This document shows, in pieces, positions 9,058 to 16,649 of a DNA stretch of 20,000 nt; position 1 is the stretch's first letter; every line of letters begins with the position of its first letter. The position numbers and the translations under genes were made by a program. Below the pieces are notes generated by a model that was not told where the DNA came from, ran no database searches, and was given only the letters and a program-made list of their open reading frames with translations. Source of the stretch: an uncultured virus (IMG/VR IMGVR_UViG_2512564001_000011) (Duplodnaviria > Heunggongvirae > Uroviricota > Caudoviricetes); the IMG/VR virus record IMGVR_UViG_2512564001_000011. The stretch is one strand, 5' to 3'.

Positions 9058-9251
9058 GCTACGACCTCCATCACTGGCTTCCGTCCAGCCCAGATAAGGC
9101 GATCGTTTTTGAATAACATTTTGAATATACGACGGTCATTACGAGTAAATGAGACTTTGCTAGAAGGTGTATTGGAGTTTCTAGGAATGATCCAGTAGGT
9201 ATCAATAAATTTAGATTTTTTTAGATGAGTTTGATGTTGGATAGTCGCCAT
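9054..9251 (-). CDS. Icd-like small protein (copy 2), 65 aa
   Basis: Start re-assigned to MATIQ (ATG at 9251, RBS GGAG) by homology with copy 1; the longer ORF call runs through the C4 RNA. Confidence 0.65.
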   Translation of the reverse strand: MATIQHQTHLKKSKFIDTYWIIPRNSNTPSSKVSFTRNDRRIFKMLFKNDRLIWAGRKPVMEVVA

Positions 9252-9313
9252 AGGTGCGATCTCCGTTAGTTTGTTTTGGAAATCACCGCTAGAGGTTACA
9301 ATCTCTGTAATGG

Positions 9314-9391
9314 CGGTGACGTTATTAAGGTTGTAACTACTGGTACTAACGGAACCAGCCAATCCTAAGATTGCCCTAACAACGCCACCAT
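9314..9391 (-). ncRNA. C4-type antisense RNA (copy 2)
   Basis: Closing stem GGTGGCGTTGTTAGGG / CCTTAATAACGTCACC. Exposed CCGTTAGTA and GTTACAA are complementary to targets at 9449-9472 and 9263-9301. Confidence 0.85.
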
Positions 9392-9544
9392 AGAATACAG
9401 GAGGACATCGTCTGTGACATAAAAAAAGACGCTAGGCGTCTAATGTCGCCGTTAGTACTTTCAGGGTTACAAACCTGACACTAGATTTTTCTAGTGCTTT
9501 TTAACTATAACTAATGATTTAACCCATAAGCAATATTTTTATGA

Positions 9545-9748
9545 TTAAATTTTGTTTTCAAGTTGATTAAGCTGCTCATCTGATAATCCCGTAGAAATTT
9601 TCACCATATTACGATCAGCTCCATTAGCTAGAAACTGTTTAGCTAGTTTAATTCTTTCTTGTTGCATTCCCTCTTGAATACCTTCAATTTTACCTCTTTG
9701 TAATCCTTCTTGGATCCCTTCTTGTCTTAATGCTTGAGCAATAGTCAT
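9545..9748 (-). CDS. Internally initiated RpnS antitoxin, 67 aa (copy 2)
   Basis: In-frame AAGGAG-CACTT-ATG. Confidence 0.75.
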   Translation of the reverse strand: MTIAQALRQEGIQEGLQRGKIEGIQEGMQQERIKLAKQFLANGADRNMVKISTGLSDEQLNQLENKI

Positions 9749-10477
9749 AAGTGCTCCTTCGTGTTTTTCTGATTGTTTGGCTATCTCGGTGATAAATTCC
9801 ATTGGTTTTTGTGCATTCCCTTCTTGGATGAGATAGTTAAACATAGTGATAATCTGATTATCGGTATAATAATTATACGACAAGAGTTTAACAATACTAT
9901 CCAGTAACTCAGTCATATCCCGTCTTCGAATGTGTTTTTGGAGTAACTCAAGCAATGCTATTCGCTTGTGTTGCATAATCTCGCCATCATCAAGCGTGGT
10001 GACATCAGCTAATTTAAAGGGATTGTTATAGATATTTTCTGCCAGCTTTCTATCTTCAAAGCAGTCAAGCCAATGAGTGCTATAGGGGTGAGGACTTTGT
10101 TCACCGCAGTAGAACAGGATAGGAAAAACTAACGGTAATTGCTTATTTCCCTGCTCTAAATGCTTATGCATAGCAGACATACTATAACGCATTAATCGCC
10201 ATGCAATGAGCTTGTCAGGGGTGGACTGATGCTCAATTAACACGTAGATATATCCGCTGCCCTTTGTTGTGCTGACTGAATACAGAATATCACTCTGATA
10301 GTTTTTCATCTCACTATCAACAAATGACCCTGATTCTACTTTTAAGCTGTCTAAGTCACACAGGGCTTTAATCTCATCAGGCAACCAAATATCGAAGAAA
10401 TCTTTAGCCGTCTCTTTCTCACTTAAAAACTGTTTAAATATGGCATCATGGGGAGTGGGGGTAAATTTTTTAGTCAT
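9545..10477 (-). CDS. Rpn family nuclease, copy 2
   Basis: Same motifs as copy 1; nearly identical up to the internal Met, with a divergent C-terminus. Confidence 0.95.
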   Translation of the reverse strand: MTKKFTPTPHDAIFKQFLSEKETAKDFFDIWLPDEIKALCDLDSLKVESGSFVDSEMKNYQSDILYSVSTTKGSGYIYVLIEHQSTPDKLIAWRLMRYSMSAMHKHLEQGNKQLPLVFPILFYCGEQSPHPYSTHWLDCFEDRKLAENIYNNPFKLADVTTLDDGEIMQHKRIALLELLQKHIRRRDMTELLDSIVKLLSYNYYTDNQIITMFNYLIQEGNAQKPMEFITEIAKQSEKHEGALMTIAQALRQEGIQEGLQRGKIEGIQEGMQQERIKLAKQFLANGADRNMVKISTGLSDEQLNQLENKI

Positions 10478-10909
10478 TAAGGTTAATGCCTTGTTTTACC
10501 TAAAACTTGATTGACGAGTTTATCACAAGACACTAATATATTTTTGTTGAGAGTAATTCTCATCTTCTTCAAGTTTCCTTTTAGTAAATTATAGAAAATA
10601 GTATTATTCAATGCGCTGTTGTCATTTGCAGCGCATTTTTATTTTTCCCTTTCATACTTGCCGCAGAAATCAATTTTAAGCGCCATAGAACGCGCTGTAC
10701 GGCGTTTTCGTTCTTTCAGTCATCAAATGGCATTCATTCAAGCGCAGAATAGCTTGTATGGGTTGATATTGAGTTTAGGTATTAAAGACATATCAAGCAC
10801 ACACTACTAACTGCGAACCAACCCTGCGTACTTCGTTGCGCACCAAATATTGAGAACTTAGCAAAACTATACATAAAGCGTGACCGCGCCCCTCTGGAAG
10901 TTCGAGTGA

Positions 10910-10967
10910 TCTTCCGCTTCCTCGCCCATTCGCTCGCTGCGCTCGGTCATGGACTCCGGCGAGCGGG
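10910..10967. other. ssiA / primosome assembly site of ColE1/ColE2-type plasmids
   Basis: TCTTCCGCTTCCTCGCCCATTCGCTCGCTGCGCTCGGTCATGGACTCCGGCGAGCGG closely follows the pBR322/ColE1 sequence CTTCCGCTTCCTCGCTCACTGACTCGCTGCGCTCGGTCGTTCGGCTGCGGCGAGCGG. Confidence 0.75.
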
Positions 10968-11068
10968 CTGAGCTAAGAAAAACTGCAATGTTTCGGGATC
11001 AAGGGAAAAAGCCCATCAAACCCACGCCCCACAAGGGATTATGGCAAAAAACAAAAACCCCCTGCGGG

Positions 11069-11103
11069 GGCTGTTATCTGATATAGGCTTGTTTTCAGTG
11101 CAA
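11069..11103 (-). other. ColE2-type origin, second variant
   Basis: GGCTGTTATCTGATATAGG core (the TATCAGATAACAG primer site on the minus strand), directly after the stop codon of a Rep fragment. Confidence 0.8.
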
Positions 11104-11245
11104 TCAAAGCATGCCTTTTTGCTTCCGGTAATAATACGTCCGCCGACTGATGCCTAACTCCGTCCACGGCTTTCGCTGCTCGATGGAACCTACGATAATG
11201 CTACCTTCTGGCCTACCACCGCCATGACTAATCTTGCCGCCTCTA
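11104..11245 (-). pseudogene. Orphan C-terminal DNA-binding segment of a second ColE2-type Rep
   Basis: RGGKISHGGGRP...KPWTELGISRRTYYYRKQKGML aligns with the end of the intact Rep (SHGGGRP..EPWFKLGISRRTYFRWRQAGKI). Confidence 0.8.
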
Positions 11246-11524
11246 GAATAATTTTTTTTCTGAACATTCGCACGGTCACCATACCAATCGGAGTGCAATA
11301 CCACAACTTTCGCACCCTAACCAAATTCGCCCAACCACACTCAACCCTAGAGAAGGGAAGCTGCAAAGTGAGAAAGTGCAAATTCTCAAGGCCAGTGCAC
11401 TACTTTCGCAGTTTCTATACCAGACTGAGCTACTTTAACTGATTTTTCTTTTAATACCCGTCAAGCCCAGAGCTGGCCTGGCTCTACAGCGTTCTACCTA
11501 ACCAAGGTCAAAACCACCCCGAGA

Positions 11525-11556
11525 GGCTGTTATCTGATATAGGTTGTTTAGTGCCA
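11525..11556 (-). other. ColE2-type origin cognate to the intact Rep
   Basis: GGCTGTTATCTGATATAGGTTGTTTAGTGCCA, a few bp past the rep stop codon. Confidence 0.85.
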
Positions 11557-11563
11557 CGCACGG

Positions 11564-12466
11564 TCAAATTTTGCCAGCCTGTCTCCAACGAAAATACGTC
11601 CGGCGGCTAATTCCAAGTTTAAACCAAGGTTCACCAAGAGACGGCCTGCCCCCACCATGACTCTTTCTTCCTCTTGCAGCCTGTATATCTGGCGTATGCG
11701 TCCTAGCCACGTACTCAGCAAAGGTTTTCTCAGTGAAGCGTTTATGCGTCCATTTAGCGATACTCTTAGCGATCGCTTTCACCTCTGGCTCACTGAGGGG
11801 AACGGGGAATTGCACATTGTAGCCCATTGCACGCTCAAAGCACGCAGCGAACCACTGTGCGAAAGCAGGCCAGCCACGACGAATAGCCCTATACGCCCAC
11901 TTGCGCGTTTTCTCAAAGACAGTGCAATTACGGCCTAGTCCATAAGTTGACTCAATTAACGGTGCATTCGCAGCGCTTAAATCAAGGTAATCAGCAAGCT
12001 CATCCAGAGTGTAAGGTTCGTGTCGCCATTGTGTAATTTGCCAATCTGAATGATTAGGATTCTTGCAAAGCAGATTGCCGTAATTCGGATCTGCATCCAA
12101 TTTCATACGAAGTCCATTCTGAACCGCAGCACCGTATTTCAATGCAGCCATGCTTCCATCTGGTGCAGTGCGAACGCCGGGGTTGACGATGTAGTATCCG
12201 TGCGCATGTGTGTTTGCTTTTGTCATTGCACTGATGTTGAATGGAGGGCAACCTCTTTCATCCCAACCGATAGCACCGCCTTGATAATCAAGATCGTAGG
12301 CAAATACAGCCATTGAGTGAGGCGGATTATGCTGAATGTAGCGCTTTAAGATGGCTTGCGCTTGAGGCAAGATTCGCACGCCACAGCAAAAATCATCGGT
12401 GCAATAAGGCTTGCGAGGTAGATTCTGGTTGAAGTAGTCGAGCGCTTTGTTATTCAAGAGCACCAA
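11564..12466 (-). CDS. ColE2-family replication initiator (primase Rep; Replicase, PriCT-1 and HTH)
   Basis: LPRKPYCTDDF..GVRILP, HAH, VRTAPD, CKNP, PYTLDELADYLDL, GLGRNC and THTPDIQAARGRK motifs. Exact start codon uncertain. Confidence 0.93.
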   Translation of the reverse strand: MVLLNNKALDYFNQNLPRKPYCTDDFCCGVRILPQAQAILKRYIQHNPPHSMAVFAYDLDYQGGAIGWDERGCPPFNISAMTKANTHAHGYYIVNPGVRTAPDGSMAALKYGAAVQNGLRMKLDADPNYGNLLCKNPNHSDWQITQWRHEPYTLDELADYLDLSAANAPLIESTYGLGRNCTVFEKTRKWAYRAIRRGWPAFAQWFAACFERAMGYNVQFPVPLSEPEVKAIAKSIAKWTHKRFTEKTFAEYVARTHTPDIQAARGRKSHGGGRPSLGEPWFKLGISRRTYFRWRQAGKI

Positions 12467-12514
12467 ACTTATGGCAGATCTGTTGTTTTAGGCTAGACAT
12501 GTGATATTATTCCT

Positions 12515-12600
12515 CTTGAAAAACTGTTGTTTTACGAGTACGCCCTAAATGATCATGCTTTCTGCCAAGAATTCACATGGTTTTTAGGGCTTTGCTTTTT
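12515..12600 (+). ncRNA. Probable RNA I-like antisense copy-control RNA
   Basis: Antisense to the rep leader; long stem GCCCTAAA..CATG / CATG..TTTAGGGC (12542-12590) followed by U-rich sequence; TATTAT just upstream. Confidence 0.55.
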
Positions 12601-12642
12601 CTGCACATACTTTACTCAAATCTCTTCATAATGTCATCTCCG

Positions 12643-12779
12643 TTGAAATTAGCGCCCTAACGCGGTATATTCCATACGTTGCCACTAATGGGCAATCAGG
12701 GTTAAGAGCCTGAATGTACAAGCGGACTACCGCTTATTAATGCGGTTTTTTTATGTCCGTCGTAAACCGAAGTTGCGTC
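12643..12779 (+). promoter_or_regulatory. Third c4 a1/b1 leader (promoter, target hairpin, attenuator); C4 RNA body deleted
   Basis: TTGAAA-N17-TATATT; TCAGG-GTTAAGAG-CCTGA; 12721-12779 is an inverted near-copy of 5047-5102. Confidence 0.7.
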
Positions 12780-13369
12780 TGGAGCAAGGAAACAAGCAGT
12801 TGCCCGTGGTGATCCCGCTTCTCTTCTACCACGGCACCAAGTCGCCCTATCCCTATACCACTCATTGGTTAGACTGTTTTTCAGATCGGAAGTTGGCTGA
12901 ATCTGTGTACGCTCAGGCATTCCCACTCGTTGATCTGACAGTGATAGAAGACGAGGAAATCTTAAGCCATCGAAAAGTGGCACTGATGGAAATCGTCCAA
13001 AAGCACATTCGCACCCGTGATATGCTAGAATTGGCAGTAGAAATCGCTAGTTTGTTGGAAAATTGGCAATTTTCCAAAGAACAGTGTAATACTTTGATAC
13101 AGTATCTATTATTGGCGGGAAATACAGCAGACGGCGATGTGTTTATTCGTAAACTGGCAGAACACGCGCCTAGTTATCGGGAGGATTTTATGACAATTGC
13201 AGAACAGCTTGAAGCTAGAGGTGAGGCTAGAGGCTACCAGCTAGGCCAAAAGGATGCTTCTACTAAAATTGCTCAACAACTGCTAGCCAATGGCGCAGAG
13301 CGCAATCTGATAAAGATTGCTACTGGTTTGTCTGATGAAGAACTAGACACGCTAGCAACTAAGATTTAA
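12779..13369 (+). pseudogene. 5'-truncated rpn (third, divergent copy) lacking the catalytic N-terminus
   Basis: Rpn homology begins abruptly at LEQGNKQLP; the SDILYS and IEHQS motifs are absent. Confidence 0.85.
13190..13369 (+). CDS. Intact RpnS antitoxin, 59 aa, inside the truncated rpn
   Basis: GGAGG-ATTTT-ATG, MTIAEQLEARG...TGLSDEEL. Confidence 0.7.
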   Translation: MTIAEQLEARGEARGYQLGQKDASTKIAQQLLANGAERNLIKIATGLSDEELDTLATKI

Positions 13370-13758
13370 ATGTTTATTTTTACGCTATGTTAAAGTACAA
13401 TCTGTTCACCTAGTAATCCGCCTAAATGAGCCTGATTATTAGCACAGGGAAGTTGCGCCTAAAATAAATTACTTAGTAAAAGAACCTAATATACTGAAAA
13501 TAAAGACTTTTATCTATCCTTCATCATCTTATTAATACATCTATAGTCCTCGATATCTTTTTATATAAATCTATTTAAGTTAATTGATATCACAGCTTGT
13601 CTGATTAAAATTCAAACAAAAAAATAAACTTGGTAGCCTGAAACGAAAGTTTTTATTGGCTAGGGATTGCTATTGCCTATGATTCCCATACCCAAAACAT
13701 AAATCCTCAATCAATTTTGGTGGGGGCTTTTCTTTTTTTCACACCAGATCACAACTGA

Positions 13759-13858
13759 NNNNNNNNNNNNNNNNNNNNNNNNNNNNNNNNNNNNNNNNNN
13801 NNNNNNNNNNNNNNNNNNNNNNNNNNNNNNNNNNNNNNNNNNNNNNNNNNNNNNNNNN
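13759..13858. other. Assembly gap (100 N)
   Basis: Run of N; adjacency of the two sides is not proven. Confidence 1.
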
Positions 13859-13948
13859 AGGCTGGCTACTTAGCAACGTCTGGCACAGTTTCAGATAACT
13901 CGTGGTATTGTCTGGCGTTTACCTGTTGCAGTGAGTTGATGAGGTTAA

Positions 13949-14009
13949 TTTATCTTAATGATAAATAAAAATCAAGGCAAATTGATAAATTATTTATCAA
14001 ATAAGACAA
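13949..14009. promoter_or_regulatory. OL operators / PL of immunity module 1
   Basis: TTTATC-TTAAT-GATAAA plus degenerate copies; the same motif recurs between cI and cro. Confidence 0.7.
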
Positions 14010-14065
14010 TGAAAATTTAACCCATTGAATAATAGAGGTAAATTGAATGTTAAAAATTTTATCAT

Positions 14066-14089
14066 AAAAAAGCCAGCTATTTAGCTGGC
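14066..14089 (-). terminator. Intrinsic terminator after cI
   Basis: GCCAGCTA-AA-TAGCTGGC followed by T6 on the minus strand. Confidence 0.75.
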
Positions 14090-14129
14090 GTTAGTTGTGG
14101 GTGATTGGCGTATAAGTGTGTATAAGCAG

Positions 14130-14861
14130 CTATCCTAGCCTAGAGTAATTTATATTCCATTTACCTATTACAAATCCATTTATACTTAATCGCTCCTCGT
14201 TATTGCAGTTTATTTCCCATTTTTCATACAGGTTGTTATCACTAATTACTAATAATTTATCTCCAGATAATTGCAGTCGTTTTATATGCATATTTTCACC
14301 AAAAGTGAATGCATATATTCCATCACCTATATATTGTTTAATTGTTTTGTCAATAACTACAAGAGAACCAGGATCTATTGTACCCAGCATACTGTCACCT
14401 ACGGCTGTAATAATAGCTAATGATGTAGAGGGTCTTTCTCCGAACATTTTCAAGGCATGTTCTGGGTTTATTTCAACCGCCTTTATAATATCTGGATACT
14501 CACTATACACTCTACCTCCTCCACAACTATACTCTATGTCGTAATGATTTATTCTGTATATATGATCAGTATAGGTTTTGGAGGAATTTTGTAAAATGAA
14601 AGGATCATCTTTTTTAGATGGATTTAAAGTTTTGGTATGAATAACATCCATCCAACCAATAGGAAGGTTTAATGATTTTTCAATACGACGGGCGATTTTA
14701 TCACCGATATTACGTATTGGATTATTACCACTGATCTGACTAAGTTGAGCAGCAGGTATGCCAATTTTATCAGCTAACTGAGATTTTTTATTTTTTCCTG
14801 ATACAGTGAAATCCTGAATCAAGGCATGCAAATTAGCACGTCTAATGTCTTTTGTTTCCAT
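14130..14861 (-). CDS. CI-like repressor with S24 peptidase domain
   Basis: N-terminal HTH, CGGG cleavage region, GDSM catalytic Ser and IKRL Lys. Start taken as METKDIRR because the longer call overlaps the operators. Confidence 0.92.
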   Translation of the reverse strand: METKDIRRANLHALIQDFTVSGKNKKSQLADKIGIPAAQLSQISGNNPIRNIGDKIARRIEKSLNLPIGWMDVIHTKTLNPSKKDDPFILQNSSKTYTDHIYRINHYDIEYSCGGGRVYSEYPDIIKAVEINPEHALKMFGERPSTSLAIITAVGDSMLGTIDPGSLVVIDKTIKQYIGDGIYAFTFGENMHIKRLQLSGDKLLVISDNNLYEKWEINCNNEERLSINGFVIGKWNINYSRLG

Positions 14862-14879
14862 ATTTATATATTGGCATCT

Positions 14880-14945
14880 TTTATCAATTTGATAAATGTA
14901 CAAATTGGTAAATTATTCTTGTTATTTTTTTATCATTAAGATAAA
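14880..14945. promoter_or_regulatory. OR operators of module 1
   Basis: TTTATC-AATTT-GATAAA (14880-14896) and TTTATC-ATTAA-GATAAA (14929-14945). Confidence 0.75.
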
Positions 14946-14981
14946 GTAATCTTGTTTTATTTAACTTTAAAGGTAAATTGT

Positions 14982-15212
14982 ATGACAAACGATTTACTCC
15001 GTTGGAGAAAAGAATCTACCCAAGATGATTGGGTACGTCTTGCTCGACTAGCAGGGACGAGTGTCGGTTACTTAAACCTAGTAGCTTATGGATACCGCAG
15101 GGCATCTCCCAAAAAAGCTGAGCAAATCGAATTTGCAACTAAGCATTTTAATTACTTACCCGTAAAAAAAGAATTATTAGTTTTTACTACTTTAAAAATT
15201 AGCACAAATTAG
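14982..15212 (+). CDS. Cro-like regulator (module 1)
   Basis: Divergent from cI; HTH LARLAGTSVGYLNLVAYGYRRAS; AAGGT RBS before ATG 14982. Confidence 0.85.
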   Translation: MTNDLLRWRKESTQDDWVRLARLAGTSVGYLNLVAYGYRRASPKKAEQIEFATKHFNYLPVKKELLVFTTLKISTN

Positions 15213-15218
15213 CTACAC

Positions 15219-15254
15219 CGCTCTTTAACAACCTGGCCTCCCTGAAATTGGGAG
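15219..15254 (+). promoter_or_regulatory. nutR-like site (boxA and boxB)
   Basis: CGCTCTTTAACA directly after cro, then the hairpin CTCCC-TGAAATT-GGGAG, resembling lambda boxB. Confidence 0.75.
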
Positions 15255-15347
15255 ATTTTACATTCCCAACCCATTGGGAGGGAATACTATTATCTGAAAC
15301 TTATGGACTAAGTGTAGGATAAGATTGCTGCAAAGACTATCAAATCG

Positions 15348-15590
15348 TTATGCAATTCTTAATTTTGTGGCTCTTGTTTGTGATACAGCAAAGATTGATG
15401 TGTGAGGAAGTAAAGCAGCATTTTTATGCTTCACTGGTTTACTCTGACCATAACACTTACGGCGTGCATCACGAATAATAGCTAACTGATAGTCACTGGC
15501 TGTAGGATGAAATTCGTTAATGTGCTCGTAAGATTTATTCGGATTGAAGCGTTTAGAACATATAGGGCATATAGCAGATGTTTTCTTCAT
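15348..15590 (-). CDS. Hypothetical protein with a C2H2-like zinc finger
   Basis: CPIC-x11-H-x4-H; AAGGA RBS before ATG 15590; first gene of the module 2 leftward operon. Confidence 0.6.
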   Translation of the reverse strand: MKKTSAICPICSKRFNPNKSYEHINEFHPTASDYQLAIIRDARRKCYGQSKPVKHKNAALLPHTSIFAVSQTRATKLRIA

Positions 15591-15644
15591 AATATTTTTC
15601 CTTAACAAATTAGATGAATAAATAGTCCTGTTTGTAATGGAAAA

Positions 15645-15718
15645 TGGGTTCTGCCACTTCGGTACATTGTCTCTTGAGAGATACGCCGTCCGCCCGTGCG
15701 TTAGAGTGCGCCGTTCAC
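15645..15718 (-). ncRNA. putL-like antiterminator RNA
   Basis: Minus strand GAACGGCGCACTCTAACGCACGGG...GAAGTGGCAGAACCCA resembles HK022 put (recalled from memory) and has a paralog after cro2. Confidence 0.6.
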
Positions 15719-15760
15719 TTTTTTCAATCTCTGGCTGTTTGCCTTTGATACGAGAATAAT

Positions 15761-15790
15761 ATGCGTAAAAAGCAAATGTGTAAAGCGCAT
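15761..15790. promoter_or_regulatory. OL operators of module 2
   Basis: ATGCGTAAAAAGCAA and ATGTGTAAAGCGCAT, variants of TGCG-N5-CGCA also found at 16340-16402. Confidence 0.65.
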
Positions 15791-15923
15791 TTTTAATCTC
15801 GACAAAAATTTTAATTCCATAAATTTTTATTTTATTGATTTTTAAGTTTTTTATTGAGATGTTGATGCGATAAAAGAATAAATAAGCCTATAACAATAGG
15901 CTATTAAGGGAAGAGATAGTAAT

Positions 15924-16319
15924 CTAAGGAGCTCTGATACCGCGTTTTTTTAACATTTCATTAAAAATGAGTTCATAGTGAGTTTTTCTGTCTCTCATTT
16001 CTTTGATAAAGCGTTTAGCTTCTTCTTCAGGAAGGCTATCATACAGTTCAAGTAACTCTATTTGATCCGATTTGAGGTTACTATATTTTTGTTTGTTATT
16101 GCGTGAAGCATTATTGGTTTCACTACTATCTAGAAATAGATCAGCTACTTGCACCCCTAATGCTGAAGCAATTTTTAAAAGAGTATTTTCGCTATATCCT
16201 TGCTTGTTTCTTTCGAGACGAGAAATATTGCCTACATCGCTATTAATAGCTGTAGCCAATTGAAGAATGGTCATGCCTTTCTTTTTTCTAAGTTCTCTAA
16301 TTCTAGTACCTACATTCAT
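15924..16319 (-). CDS. DicA-like XRE repressor without a peptidase domain (module 2)
   Basis: HTH_3 N-terminus; C-terminus QIELLELYDSLPEEE...EMR...FNEMLKKR resembles Qin prophage DicA. Confidence 0.85.
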   Translation of the reverse strand: MNVGTRIRELRKKKGMTILQLATAINSDVGNISRLERNKQGYSENTLLKIASALGVQVADLFLDSSETNNASRNNKQKYSNLKSDQIELLELYDSLPEEEAKRFIKEMRDRKTHYELIFNEMLKKRGIRAP

Positions 16320-16339
16320 ATTATAATTAAATATTCTTT

Positions 16340-16402
16340 TTGCGTTTTACACAAAGCGTCTTGCACATATTTGAAAGTTGAATTATTATGCGCATAACGC
16401 AT
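16340..16402. promoter_or_regulatory. OR operators of module 2
   Basis: TTGCGTTTTACACAA, AAGCGTCTTGCACAT and ATGCGCATAACGCAT. Confidence 0.7.
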
Positions 16403-16417
16403 CTAAAGGAGATCTTT

Positions 16418-16630
16418 ATGCAGACACCATTACGAAAAATTAGAATTGAAAATGAATTAACAATTGTTCAAGTTGCAAACGCTATAAACTGTGATGCAGG
16501 AAACTTGAGCCGATTAGAAAGAGGTACTCAATCTGCGTCTTTAGAATTAGCTGAGAAACTCGCGCGATTCTATAAAGGAAAAATTAGCGAAATACAAATT
16601 CTTTACCCACAAAGATTTATAAAAAATTAA
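16418..16630 (+). CDS. Cro-like XRE regulator (module 2)
   Basis: AAGGAG RBS; recognition helix DAGNLSRLERG matches the repressor's DVGNISRLERN. Confidence 0.88.
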   Translation: MQTPLRKIRIENELTIVQVANAINCDAGNLSRLERGTQSASLELAEKLARFYKGKISEIQILYPQRFIKN

Positions 16631-16649
16631 ATTCATTACCATAATCACC

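Larger units (their letters stand above)
8734..10503 (-). repeat. Copy 2 of the rpn / C4 / Icd-like / HTH cassette
   Basis: Colinear with 4405-6178. Confidence 0.9.

Noticed and set aside
9252..9362. N-terminal extension of the 102-aa ORF (ash-like peptide)
   Set aside because: It translates the C4 RNA and its target, has a TTG start, and is not needed given the conserved MATIQ start.
10619..12983. ORFs 10619-10810, 11190-11381, 11224-11442, 11657-11938, 12050-12316, 12054-12251 and 12702-12983
   Set aside because: They overlap rep, origin or rpn sequences and have no recognisable motifs or RBS.
13365..13400. TATGTTAAA as a possible XerD arm of a dif site
   Set aside because: No XerC arm at the correct spacing.
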